Below are positions 36,518 through 50,435 of a DNA stretch of 64,000 bases, one piece after another; positions within the stretch are counted from its first letter, which is position 1, and the number at the start of each line of letters is the position of its first letter. Below the pieces are notes generated by a model. The model did no database searches. It worked only from the letters and a program-made list of their open reading frames with translations, and had not been told where the DNA came from. Location: contig NW_003314264.1 in assembly GCF_000143415.4 (NCBI RefSeq), positions 746,014 to 810,013 on the forward strand. Reading direction: 5' to 3'. Both the position numbers and the translations under genes were made by a program. This DNA is from Selaginella moellendorffii. Taxonomy: Eukaryota; Plantae; Lycopodiophyta.

Positions 36518-39129
36518 ATGGATGGAAGCGGCAACTCGCTCGCCTCGGGGCCGGAGGGGCGGAGCAAGCGCGTCGCCTACTTCTACGACCCCGAGGTAGG
36601 GAACTACTACTACGGCCAGGGCCACCCAATGAAGCCGCATAGGATCCGGATGACCCATTCCCTCCTCGTCCACTATGGCATTCACAACAAGCTCGAGGTT
36701 CTCAAGCCCCTCCCCGCCAAGGACCGGGACCTCTGCCGCTTCCACGCCGACGACTACGTCGCCTTCCTCCGGGTCATCACTCCCGAGACGCAGCACGAGC
36801 ACTTGCGCGCGCTCAAACGATTCAATGTGGGCGAGGACTGCCCGGTTTTCGATGGCTTGTACTCGTTTTGCCAGACTTATGCCGGTGGATCCGTCGGTGG
36901 CGCTGTCAAGCTCAACCATGGTCACTCGGACATTGCGGTGAATTGGTCTGGTGGATTGCATCACGCGAAGAAGTGCGAGGCCTCGGGGTTTTGCTACGTC
37001 AACGACATTGTTCTTGCCATCCTGGAGCTTCTCAAGTACCATGCTGTAAGTTTTTCGTGGTTTTCTCTGTCGAGAGAGAGTTTTATAGCTACAAAATTCT
37101 TTCCTATGCTTGTTTGTGTTTTTCTTTGTTCTCTTTCGGCAGTAGTTCTCTCGCTGTTGCAAAATACCTTGTTTTTTCCTTACTCCTAAAGCTGCTACAA
37201 GCTTCTCTTGAGTTCTCATCCTTCAATGCTGCTACAAAGTTTCTCTCGTACTTGCGCTTGTTTTCACTTTGTTGCATAGCCACAAAGTTCTCATGGCTCT
37301 TTCTTGTTTCTCTTTCCAGCGAGTTTTGTACATTGACATTGATATACACCACGGAGATGGTGTCGAGGAGGCCTTTTACACCACAGACCGTGTCATGACC
37401 GTCTCCTTCCACAAGTTCGGGGACTACTTCCCCGGAACCGGGGACGTGAGGGACATGGGACACGCCAAAGGGAAATACTATTCTCTCAACGTCCCGCTCA
37501 ACGATGGCATCGACGATGAGAGCTACCATTCTTTGTTCAAGCCGATCATCACCAAAGTGATGGAGGTTTTCCAGCCGGGGGCTGTCGTGTTGCAGTGTGG
37601 AGCCGACTCGCTGTCCGGGGACCGGCTTGGATGCTTCAACCTGTCGATCAAAGGCCACGCTCAGTGTGTTAAGTTCATGCGGTCTTTTAACGTTCCGTTG
37701 CTGTTGCTCGGAGGCGGAGGCTACACAATCCGCAACGTTGCTCGGTGCTGGTGTTACGAGGTTTGTACGACTTGAGAAACAAGCTCTCTTTTACTTTGGT
37801 TTCTTGATTAGAACAACACCTTGCCTTGCAGACTGCTGTTGCTGTAGGCGTGGAGCTAGAGGATAAAATGCCATACAACGAGTATTACGAGTACTTTGGC
37901 CCGGATTACACGCTCCACGTTACTCCGAGCAACATGGAGAATCAAAACTCGGCTCAGTACCTGGAGTCCATAAGGTCTGATTTCATTTTTTACTTCTCTG
38001 TCCTTGAGTACGATGTCTTTGTATTCACTGAGTGCACAGGAATCGACTCCTGGAGAACTTATCGAATTTACAGCATGTACCAAGCGTACCATTCCAGGAG
38101 AGACCACCTGATACTGATCTTCCAGAAGAGGTCTCCCTCTCTGTGGCTTCTACATGGTGAAAAGCTGAGAAGTTGTTTATAACTGTAGGAGGAGGAAGAC
38201 CTCGATACGCGTGAGAAAGGTCGGGCTTACTCAGACTCGGAGTCTGAGGAAGACGAGCCTCGCAGGAGTCGTCACCAAAGTCCTAACGACGCTGCCATAT
38301 CCAGGTTTGCAAACAAACAAAGCCGAGCATCGTCATACTTTCGTGCTCTCTTTCTTTATCTTTCTTTATCTTGCGTTGAGCTAATATCAAGTGTCCGGCT
38401 GCGTCTTTTACAGGCGACAATCACCCTCGGCAAGAGATGACCGCATCAAAAAGGAAAAAGAAGAACTTATGGTACGAGGACAATGAATTTTCTTATTTCC
38501 TTGCTTCTGACGGGACTATTATATCTGTGTGAAGGACGAAGGAAGTGATATCGACGGGGATCTACCCAAGGCTCAGCAAGAACCTCAAGATGACCAGGTT
38601 TATATACCTCTCTCTAGATTCTATGGCTGAAAAACCACCGAAAACAACAACAAAAACCATTTTTTGGCAGCCGACTGCGATGGAAACCGATGCCAAAGCC
38701 GAGGAGAAGTGCTCGTCCTTGCTCCCGGATGCACCCTCGGCCCCCCTGGCCTCGTCCGCGGACACAGCGCACGAACCAAACGAGCAGAGCACGAGCAACA
38801 CAAATTGGCAACTTGTGACGACCTCCACTGCTGCTACGGCCGCAGCGATGAATGCTCGAAGTCCATTAGCTCCTCCCGCTCTTAATCAAGCTCCCCCGAG
38901 CTCGACAGCCATCGCCACTGCTGCTTGGACGCCTCCAACTTCTGCCACAGTCGTAGCTCGGCTGCCTCGATTCTCCGCGAGCTCTGGAGCTCCAGTTGCT
39001 GCCACTGTCACTGCCACCGCCACGGTTACCGCTGTTACGAGCTCCACAGTGGCGAATTCTCCAGCTCCAGCGCCAGTTCCAGCGGCTCTAGCTCGTGTGA
39101 CCGAAGCTCCCACACCAATGACTCCTTAA
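36518..39129 (+). CDS. HDA19: Class I (RPD3) histone deacetylase, HDA19-like, multi-exon
   Basis: [92 protein letters not shown]. The 3' exons are less certain. Confidence 0.93.
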
Positions 39130-40324
39130 AGGTAAGCTCTCGAAAAAACTCTTCTTTGCTCTAACACAAGTTTTCTCTTTTTAGAAAGCCATCGAGCTAA
39201 CAGTACTTATAGGATTTGGATCATCCACAAGAGGAGAATTTACGAGCCAAGCAAGCTCTTGTTCTCTAAAGCTTTGTAAGCTAAATTTTTTCTCTCTATT
39301 ATGCTCGAATCTTTCTAAGTGGACACTGCGCGAAAGAGAGAAGTGTCTCGTCCACGAGGTAGGTAGCTTGTCAATTCGATCATCCATTTGGGATGATATG
39401 AATTTGGGCCATGCGGCGGTACGGCGTTGGCCATGGTCCACACTCAAGAAAAAAATATTATAAGATTCATATATTCTGATGCGCGTACGGCCTTTTTCGA
39501 TCCCCCACTGTCACGCCGAGATTATGGCCGCCGGGAACTTGCCGGCATATTCAAAACGGCCGGTGGGCTTTCTTTTCCCGCCGCAAAGCGCATATTCCTT
39601 TCACTCCACGTTGGCCATTACACCGCGCAGTAAGAACATGCCACGTAGAATTTACAGCTGGCCTCCACTCTCCCTCTAATTTTCTTTGTTGTTAAGAATC
39701 TCCCATTGCATTAACGAAGCGCGCGTGTGCGTCGAGTGTTTAAAGTTTTTAACGCTTTGCTACTATAGGCGCCCAAAACATTTTACCGGATCAAGTACTA
39801 GAAGGAGCCTTTAGTACTTTAATCCAGGTAAAAGTAGCAAACTGGAAAATGGCGGGAAACCACGAGGTAAGAAAAATTCCTCCCACCCCCCCAACGGGGC
39901 TCCCGGACCCCAAATGGCCGATTAAATCCGCCGCAATGCCATCTCAACCACCCGCCTAGTTTTAACCTTCCCACGAATTTTACTCGAACTGGTCCACGCC
40001 GAATTTCCCTTGTAAGCCGGCTGCATGGCACGCAACCAGCAAGCCTTAACTGTGCATTTCTCACCGCGGGGTAGCGTCTGCCGAAAAGTAACGTATAGAC
40101 CGGCTGGTCCGCCCGGCCTTAAGCTTCTTAAAGCGAAACACAATGCGCGGGCGCCTGGCCTAGAAGTTCTTTTCGTTTGGCAAGCAAAAGCACGAGAGCG
40201 TATGTATCTCTATAGGCCGGTTGCATGGCCGCGTTTTGCCCGGGCTATACCTTCTAATATTCGGTGAATATTCACGAGGGCTTGGGTGGAAGCTTTAGCG
40301 TGGGTGTAGAAACCCACGCCTACG

Positions 40325-40350
40325 GTGTGTGTGTGTGTGTGTGTGTGTGT
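40325..40350. repeat. (GT)n microsatellite
   Basis: Directly visible. Confidence 0.95.
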
Positions 40351-40758
40351 TGTGTTTTCTTTCTTTCTTTGTGGTACCTATATGCGCGCTGTGCTTTCTG
40401 CGTGTTTGGAGCTATGGCGCCGTGACGAGGAGGTTAAAGCGATCGATCGATCCAGGCTAACGCAGCGATCCATTGATCGGCGCATTGGACCGCGGATTGG
40501 AATTCGTCGGTAAGCTGTGGATTCCCGTCTTTCTCGGAATTTGCGCTCTCTCCAGCTCAAGATCTGCGGGGAAAGCCCCAAATCTCCGTAATCTTCCCTG
40601 CATTGCGCTCGATCTCTCCTCTCCTCACGATCTTGGCCTCCAATTCCGATCCCCGCCGCCAAGCCGCCAATCCCGCAATGCGCGGATTGAGAAATCTTTG
40701 CAAGAAGCTGCGCTAATCGATGGGAATTCACTCCTTGGCTGTGTGCTCGCAGGCGCTA

Positions 40759-41754
40759 ATGCTGGAGGCGGACAGCGGCCCACCGGGCTTGTTTCCTCCC
40801 GGCTGCTTTGCTCCTCACAGCGGGGACGAGAGCGGGGAGGAGGAGGAGCTCTCGGTTCTTCCCCGGCACACCAAGGTCATTGTGACTGGAAACAACCGCA
40901 CGAAATCCGTGCTCGTCGGGCTACACGGCATCGTGAAGAAGGCCGTGGGACTTGGCGGCTGGCATTGGCTGGTAAGCAAAACAAATCAATGCTTTCCTTG
41001 CTTTGCATTCCTCTCCGGTTTGATTGATCACGGCGGCTTTTCAAATTCCATCTTGCTTCTTCTTCTTGGAAACAGAGCTCGCGATCGCGCGCGATGGATT
41101 CCGAGCTCCAGCAAGCATTTTTTCTTCTTCTTGTTGCTATTGTTTTGTTTTATTGATCTCGATGCCCCATGGCGGAATCTAATCGAATTGCTCTTGGCAG
41201 GTCCTCACGAACGGGGCCGAAGTAAAACTCCAGCGCAATGCGCTGAGCGTGATCGAAGCGCCCACTGGACAGGAAGAAGACGACGATATCGACAACCCAT
41301 TCTCGAATGAAACAACACCCGGTATGGCTTCCCTGAAATCAAACTCGCGCTTTTCTCTCTTGATGGCTGACTTCCCGCGCTGCCCAGATGATTTCCCAAG
41401 AACATTCAAGCCCAGAGTCCGGCCCCAAAAGCCCGCGGCGCACGAGATCACGCGCATGGCCGATGAATCCAAGCGCAGCTCGGAGAGACGGTGCGAATTC
41501 GGCCTCAAGACGTCCCAGTCGCAATGTGTGCCGGTAAGCAAGCATGGAATTCTTTACATATAGCAGCTCAGTTTCCTCTAGCAGGTTTTTCTTTCTGAAA
41601 CCAAAACGTTTCTTCCTCCTTTCTTAGGTTGTGGACCTTGGTAAACTCGATACGGCAGCGCTAAGGAGATATCGGCGACACTTCAAGCTCGTAAGCCCAT
41701 CTATCTACTTTTGACTTCATGGGAGAGAAACGAAAGAAAGAGAGATGCATGTTT

Positions 41755-41797
<43 letters not shown>

Positions 41798-42065
41798 TGT
41801 CTAAAACACCCGTCTTCTCAGTTTGATGTAGGCCCGAATTCCTCGAAAGAACAGCTACTGCAAGCAGTGTCAAGGCACTTCGTGGGACAAGTAAGTCGCT
41901 CCTCGTCCCGTGACCCCATTTCATTTCATTCCCCTCGTAAAGACGATAGCTTTGCGTTTAAACAAGCAAACTTATCCCCCTTGTGTGGTGGTGGCGTGGC
42001 AGCAACTGGACGAGCTGCAGGTGATCACAGGATTTGTGCAAGCTGCAAAACGGCCGCGAATGTGA
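40759..42065 (+). CDS. SAP30 function-related (AFR1/AFR2-like) Sin3-HDAC complex subunit
   Basis: EEELSVLPRHTKVIVTGNNRTKSVLVGL.GIVKKAVGLGGWHWLVL.NG.EVKLQRNALSVIE. C-terminal VDLGKLDTAALRRY...SKEQLLQAVSRHF...LDELQVITGFVQAAKR (SAP30 Sin3-binding type). Confidence 0.88.
41758..41792. repeat. Intronic (GA)n microsatellite
   Basis: Directly visible. Confidence 0.95.
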
Positions 42066-42577
42066 GCTGCGCTGTGCTGCCGCTGCTCCCTGCTGCTAGG
42101 CTGCTACCTTCGACGAGAGACGAAGATTTGCGCGACCAAACTTTTGCCAGGCATAAAAACTTGTAAGATATCTACAACCCTCCCCCGTCCTCTTTTTTCC
42201 TCGTTTTTTTTTTCTCCTCCGTCCTCCTTTCCTTGTTCTGGTCGTCACTGTCCCATTCCTAGTAATTCTCGTATGGGAGAAACGCTGCTGCCGCTGGCTC
42301 TTCTGTCCCCTTGCTTCTCGCTCGCTCGCCTGATCGCCTTCCCCCCTATAACTTATGCTCTTGTTCGCCACGGGGGGTGCTTAACTTCTAACCAAATGTG
42401 TCTAAACTGTACAGAGGTGCCAGAAAAGAATGAGAAAAAAAGAAATTTCTAAACACCACGTCTTTGATCGATCGATAGCGATGAATGATCTTAGAACCTC
42501 GCCGTGAATCATGAAAGAGGAAAATTCTTTGGTGTGGATGGATCGTGGAAGGATGACTTTGACTCACACTAGCACTA

Positions 42578-44669
<2,092 letters not shown>

Positions 44670-44955
44670 CTAGAAAATCTCGAGAGAGAAGCGAAGGGAC
44701 GAGAAGAAGAGGCGCGGCGCTCTTGGCGGGCGAGCAAAGCGCCAATGCAGCCACAAGAAGAAAGAGAGGAAGGTTTAAGCCGAGAAGAAGAAGAGATATT
44801 AACCTAAACGAGCTTTTAAGCGACGAGATTCGAGACCGCGACCTCCTGTGGTAGGTGGCGTGGCGCAGTGAGTCGTTTCAGCCAATGGAAAACCATCTAG
44901 TCAAACATTGAGAGCCAAAATTGTCCACCATGGTCTCCACATTTTTGACAATAGC

Positions 44956-47004
44956 ATGAGATTAGCTGCCAACGTTGATGGTACGCTAAAGTCCTTTGTT
45001 TCGCTAGTAAATTCTTGCTCCATTAACAGAGATTTGCGGGCTGCAAAGCTAGCGCATCTACAAATCTTGCAATCCCCACACAGAAACGACCGCTTTCTGG
45101 CAAATTATCTGATCAAAATGTACGGCAGGTGTGGTAGTGTTGAAAATGCAAGAGATGCTTTTGCCAGCATCAAAGACCCAAACTTGTTTTCTTGGAGTTT
45201 GATGTTTACAGCAGTTGCCCAGAACCGGCATTTAGAGTACGCTCTAGAAATCTTCCATCGAATGCCAGAGAGAAACCTAGTGATTTGGAACACACTAATG
45301 CTCGCTTACTCCGATATCTCGCAACACGATATAGCGGAGAATATCCTGAGCATAATGCCCGAGTGGGATATCGTGTCCTGGAACTCCATGCTCCAAGCAT
45401 ATGCCAAAAAAGGGTACCTGGAGCGCGCAAAGATTCTCTTCGACGACATGGGCGAGAGGGACGTGGTGTCGTGGACGACGATGATATCCGCATATTCCTC
45501 GTGTGGGCTCGTCCACGATTCCTTGATGCTCTTTACGAAGATGCCAGGGAGGAACCAGGTATCTTGGAATTCCATCACGCACGCGTTTGCTCTCAATGGC
45601 TGCGTGGGCGATGCCAAGCGCTGCTTCGATCGGATGCCCGAGCGCAATCTCATCAGCTGGACGGCGCTGGCTGGCGTCGATCCGGAGCTCGCGATGGAGC
45701 GGATCCCGGCGTGGCCGGGCGCGTCAATTCTGGGCTTGATCTCGGGCTATGGAGAGGCCGGGGAGCTGGACAGAGCCCTGGCGATCTACAGCGCCATTCC
45801 GGGCGAGGATCTGGAGCTCTCGACTAGCATGATCCACGCGTATGCGCGCAATGGGGAGCTGGATCCGGCGATGGCTTTGTTCGATCGAATGCGGCAGCGG
45901 GATCTCGTGGTGTGGTCGCTCATGGTGTCGGCGCTCGCGCATCACGGGCGATTAGCGGCTGCCGGGGATTTCTTCGCCAGGATGCCCGAGAGGAGCATCG
46001 TGGCCTGGAGGGCGATGATCCAGGGGCACGCGCAGAGCGGGCGATCGCAGGATGTCGCGAGGATTTTCGAGGATCTGCCTCAGAGGGACGCTCTCTCCTG
46101 GACATCTTTGATCGTCGCGCATGCCAATTGTGGGGATCTCGCGAAAACAAGGCAGTGCTTTGAAAGATCTCCCGAAGTAACGGTGGTAGCGACTTGTGCT
46201 ATGATCAGTGTGCTTGGAAGGTACGGTCATGTAGAAGAGGTCAACCTATTATTTAAATCCGTACCAAACGAAGATCCAATGGCTTGGACTGTCGCTATAA
46301 CCACAAATGCCAAGTGTGGGCATTTAACTAACGCAAAGACCTTGTTTGACAAAGCGACAAAGAGAGACGTTAGGGTATGGGATGCCATTATAGGGGCATT
46401 TGCACAAGAAGCGTATTTAAGCAGGGCGTTAATTGTGTTTAGCAAGATGCCATGTTGGGACGTAGTAGCCTGGAACACCATTATCACCGCAAATGCCCTC
46501 AAGGGGCATCAAGAGGAAGCGTTGGATTTCTTCGCGATTATGCCCCAGAAGAACGTGGTGTCGTGGACGGTCCTGATCGCCGCGAATTCCCACGCGGGAA
46601 GGTGCAGGGACTCCATCGCGATTCTCCACTCGATGCAGCAGTGTGGATTCCTCCCCGACGACACCACATTCACGATCGTCTTGCTCGCGTGCGCTCACGC
46701 GGGGCTCCTGGACGAGGCGCGCTGGTGCTTCGAGCTCATGGTGCGCGACTACTCGATCCAGCCCACGCGCGAGCACTTTGGATGCCTGATCGATGTGCTC
46801 GGCAGGAGTGGATCGCTGGGCGACGCCCAAGCGCTCATCGATGTGATGCCCTACAGTGCCGACAATGTGGCGTGGGGGATGTTCCTCAGCGCTTGCCGGC
46901 TGCATCGCGATGTGATTGGAGCCAATTGCGCGGCGGATCGTGCCATCGAATTGGCGCCCACCATCTCTTCCTCGTATGTGATGCTCGCGAGCTCTCTGGT
47001 TTGA
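44956..47004 (+). CDS. PLS-class pentatricopeptide repeat protein with E domain (no DYW)
   Basis: Intronless ORF with repeated ERNLVSW-type short PPR motifs; ends HFGCLIDVLGRSG...WGMFLSACRLH...SSYVMLAS. Confidence 0.92.
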   Translation: MRLAANVDGTLKSFVSLVNSCSINRDLRAAKLAHLQILQSPHRNDRFLANYLIKMYGRCGSVENARDAFASIKDPNLFSWSLMFTAVAQNRHLEYALEIFHRMPERNLVIWNTLMLAYSDISQHDIAENILSIMPEWDIVSWNSMLQAYAKKGYLERAKILFDDMGERDVVSWTTMISAYSSCGLVHDSLMLFTKMPGRNQVSWNSITHAFALNGCVGDAKRCFDRMPERNLISWTALAGVDPELAMERIPAWPGASILGLISGYGEAGELDRALAIYSAIPGEDLELSTSMIHAYARNGELDPAMALFDRMRQRDLVVWSLMVSALAHHGRLAAAGDFFARMPERSIVAWRAMIQGHAQSGRSQDVARIFEDLPQRDALSWTSLIVAHANCGDLAKTRQCFERSPEVTVVATCAMISVLGRYGHVEEVNLLFKSVPNEDPMAWTVAITTNAKCGHLTNAKTLFDKATKRDVRVWDAIIGAFAQEAYLSRALIVFSKMPCWDVVAWNTIITANALKGHQEEALDFFAIMPQKNVVSWTVLIAANSHAGRCRDSIAILHSMQQCGFLPDDTTFTIVLLACAHAGLLDEARWCFELMVRDYSIQPTREHFGCLIDVLGRSGSLGDAQALIDVMPYSADNVAWGMFLSACRLHRDVIGANCAADRAIELAPTISSSYVMLASSLV

Positions 47005-47149
47005 ACGATGAACGAGGGCCGTTGATGTGCCCGGCAGGAGGAGCGATCCCAGCCGTTGGGTTCTGGAACGAGCTCTCTGGTTTGAACGATGAACGAGGGC
47101 CGTTGATGTGCCCGGCAGGAGGAGCGATCCCAGCCGTTGGGTTCTGGAA
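46988..47149. repeat. Perfect 81 bp tandem duplication across the PPR stop and EF-P start
   Basis: CGAGCTCTCTGGTTTGAACG...GGGTTCTGGAA at 46988 and 47069. Confidence 0.95.
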
Positions 47150-48205
47150 CGAGGAGAAGCAATGGATAGCGTCGTGTGCTCCGCTAGGGTTTTGGGGCCC
47201 CGGAGCGTCATTCCTTCGTTTCGGCCGCATTGTCAGCCCCAGCGCCAGAGGACGCAGCAGCGATTTCGTCTCAGTGAGTAATCGATTTGCGCAGATTGCG
47301 TAGAAATCTGAGAGGAGAAATCTCGCTGTTTTTCCAGGCATTGTCGCGGTTTCCAGCAATGACTTTAAGACTGGAACGGAGATTGAGATTGACAATGCGC
47401 CCTGGCGCGTCATCGGTGAGTTTTTCTTGTTTGATAGATATTTTCCAGGGAGAATGACCGCATTGTTTGTAGAGTTTTTGCATGTCAAGCCTGGCAAAGG
47501 CTCTGCCTTTGTGCGAACCAAGCTAAAGAATTGCATCACTGGCAACACTGTGGAGCGGACGTTTCGGGCAGGAGAAGTTGTAAGTGTTTTCCTATATTCT
47601 CAAGGAACAAGCATTGACGAGCTTCTCATTTTCTCTCTAGCTAGAAGACGCCACAGTCCAGAAGAACGTAAAGCAGTTCACTTACAGAGATGGCGATCAG
47701 TACGTTTTCATGGACATGGTAAGAGCTAATCGAGAATTCATCTTGCGCCTTTCGAGAATTTTTTTTCTTGTAGGTTTCTTTTGAGGAATCTCGCTTGAAT
47801 GCCAAAGAAATTGGAGACAAAGCAAACTGGCTGCGTGAAGGAATGGACTGCACAGTTGTGTCGTGGAAAAATCGGGTATGTCTGTCCCGTTTGTGTTCTC
47901 CCTTGTTTCAATATGTTTTAACTCGATCTCACGACGCAGATTCTCGAGGTAGACTTGCCAATCGCTGTGAAATACAAAGTCGTCCAAACGGATCCAGGAG
48001 TTAAAGGAAACAGAGAGTCAGGTATAGATGAATTCAAGGGATCCTGTCTAGGTTTCGTGAAAGATTTTGTTCATCTTCAGGTGGAACGAAACCGGCAACA
48101 CTGGACACTGGAGCTGTGGTTAACGTCCCGCTGTTCGTGGATGAAGGGGAGGAGATTATCATCGATACGCGCACTGGGGAGTACATGAGTCGCGCAAAAT
48201 CTTAA
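47025..48205 (+). CDS. efp: Elongation factor P, probably plastid-targeted, multi-exon
   Basis: Transit-like N-terminus, then [72 protein letters not shown]. Confidence 0.92.
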
Positions 48206-48375
48206 GAGTAAGTTGTCCTCTGCGATCCAAATTTTGTAGGAGCTGTGTTAGTGGATCGCTTCCATGGCCTCCTCAACAAAGAAGTCCAGTTTTTGGAGAA
48301 ATGTAGCAAGGAAGATCAGGTATCGATCGCATCTTTTTTGAATTTAAGGATATTCCTGTCTCCCGCGCTTCTACT

Positions 48376-50337
48376 TTAGGGCTTTTGAGCTGCGATAACG
48401 CTCGCGAGCACGGCGTAGGAGCTCGATCTCCTGGGCTCCAGCGCGATAGCTTCCCTCGCAGCTCGCTTCGCCCTCTCAAGATCACTGTGCGTCCGGCACG
48501 ACCCCAGGAAGCTCATCCAGATGAGAAGATTGGGACGCCCGCCGGGGATCCTGCCCATGAATCGCTCCGCCTCGGCGAGCGCCCCCAATCGCCCCAGCAG
48601 GTCGATCACGCAGCCAAAGTGCTCCACCTTGGGCTGGATGCCGTGGTCCAGCCGCATGGACGCGAATTGGCGCAGGCATTCCTCGAGCATCCCGGCGTGG
48701 CTGCAGGAATTGAGCACCGAGACGAAGAGCGCCGGGTGGATCTTGACGCCTTCTTGCTGCATCCTCCCCAGGATCTTCATCGCTTGCCCGAGGCGGCCGC
48801 GATGCGCATACGCCCCAAACAGCGTGCTCCAGGCGAGCTCGTTCTTGTTCTTGGCGGGCATCCCATCAAATATTCCTTGGGCGATGGCCAGGCAACCGCA
48901 CCGCCCGTACATGTCCACCAGGGATGTGGCCACCACGGCTTCTTGCTCGAGCCCTAGCGCGGCGGCGAGCGCGTGGATCGATCGCCCCTCGGCGAGCGCC
49001 GAGAGATTCGCGCAGCCGTCGAGGACCGCCGCGAATGTGAGCTTGCTGGGGCGGATCCCGGCGATTTGCATGCCGCGGAAGATCGCCAGCGCCTCCTTCC
49101 ATCGCCCGTGCTGCGCGAAGGCGCCGATGATCGTGTTGGACGACACCAGGGATTCGTCGCCACGGTGCTCGCGGAAGATCGCCGCTGCTCGATCCAGTCG
49201 CCCGCATCGGCCGTAGAGATGGAGCACGCAGTTGATCAGCACTGGGTTCTCGATCACCAGCAGCCCAATTTCCAGCGCGATCGCGTGGATCGCCTCGCCG
49301 GCCTCGAGCGCTTCCAGATTCGCGCACGCGGTGAGCGCGAGCACGCAGCTCACATTGTCCGGCGCGATCGATCCGGTGGAGATCATCTCCTGGAACAGCG
49401 CCAGTGCCTCCTCGTCTCTCTCCTGCTGGATGCAAGCGCTCATCATCGTGTTCCACGAGATCACGCACTGGCTCGCGTAGATCTCCCGGAAGACCCCGCG
49501 CGCCTCCGCGAGATTGCCAGACTTCCCATACATGTTGATCACGGCATTTGCCGCGAGAGGATTCTCTCGCAGGAATCCAGCGTCGGAAGCGATCCTATGG
49601 ATGATCCTCCCGTCCTCCACATCCGAGCAAGCGCCCAGGACGCTGACGATCGTAACAGCATTCGCGCGAAATCCCCCCTGTTGCATCGATCGAAAGCAAA
49701 GAATCGCATCGCGGTTTTGCCCGGTCTTGGCAAATGCGTGGATCATACTTGTCCAGGTGATAAGATCTCTCTCGCGCATCCCAGCGAAGATCCCAGCGGC
49801 GGATCCGGCGCTGCCACACCTCCCATACATGCTGATAATCGCATTTCCCAGCTTTGTCGCATGGGATCGGCCGAATCCACTCGCCAGGATCTGGAAGTAG
49901 ATCGCCTCTCCCAGCCGCGCGCTCGAGCAGGCGCCAAGAACAGTGATGAAGGTGATTGGATCGGCGCGCTCGCCATCGAGCAGCATCCTGCGGTAGAATC
50001 GCAGCGCCGTGGAGGATTGCCCGGCGTCGGCATAGGCGCCGATCGCCGCGGTCCACAGCACGACGCTCCTCCTGCCCGGGATTCGATCAAACACCTCGAT
50101 CGCGTCACGGAGGCTGTGGCAGCGGAGATACATGTGGAAGAGATGCGCGGCGAGAAAGGGATTGGAGGATTCCAGGAGGCCCGCGGAATGGGCGATGATC
50201 CGGGCGTGGATCGCCCAGCCATCGTCCAGCGATCGCGAGCTCCCGCAAGCGCGCAAGAGAGAGCAGTAGCCCTCGGCGTCGATCGATCGCTTGGCTTCCA
50301 TTCTCTGCAGCGCGCGCCATATCGACGAAGAGGGCAT
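48376..50337 (-). CDS. PLS-class pentatricopeptide repeat protein with E domain (no DYW)
   Basis: 653 aa intronless ORF with PPR motifs; ends HFGCVIDLLGRLG...WMSFLGSCRTH...SSYAVLAS. Confidence 0.92.
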   Translation of the reverse strand: MPSSSIWRALQRMEAKRSIDAEGYCSLLRACGSSRSLDDGWAIHARIIAHSAGLLESSNPFLAAHLFHMYLRCHSLRDAIEVFDRIPGRRSVVLWTAAIGAYADAGQSSTALRFYRRMLLDGERADPITFITVLGACSSARLGEAIYFQILASGFGRSHATKLGNAIISMYGRCGSAGSAAGIFAGMRERDLITWTSMIHAFAKTGQNRDAILCFRSMQQGGFRANAVTIVSVLGACSDVEDGRIIHRIASDAGFLRENPLAANAVINMYGKSGNLAEARGVFREIYASQCVISWNTMMSACIQQERDEEALALFQEMISTGSIAPDNVSCVLALTACANLEALEAGEAIHAIALEIGLLVIENPVLINCVLHLYGRCGRLDRAAAIFREHRGDESLVSSNTIIGAFAQHGRWKEALAIFRGMQIAGIRPSKLTFAAVLDGCANLSALAEGRSIHALAAALGLEQEAVVATSLVDMYGRCGCLAIAQGIFDGMPAKNKNELAWSTLFGAYAHRGRLGQAMKILGRMQQEGVKIHPALFVSVLNSCSHAGMLEECLRQFASMRLDHGIQPKVEHFGCVIDLLGRLGALAEAERFMGRIPGGRPNLLIWMSFLGSCRTHSDLERAKRAAREAIALEPRRSSSYAVLASVIAAQKP

Positions 50338-50435
50338 GCATTGGGAATATTCTCCAGGTCCAGCTCAAAAAGAATCTTTCAATGACCTTTTAATGTGACG
50401 TTTCTTGCAGTATGGGAATTAGGGCTTAATGCGCG

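Noticed and set aside
48385-50385. Long plus-strand ORFs (up to 470 aa) opposite the PPR gene, and similar shadow ORFs at 45-47 kb
   Set aside because: Antisense or alternative frames kept open by GC-rich codon usage; no recognisable domains.
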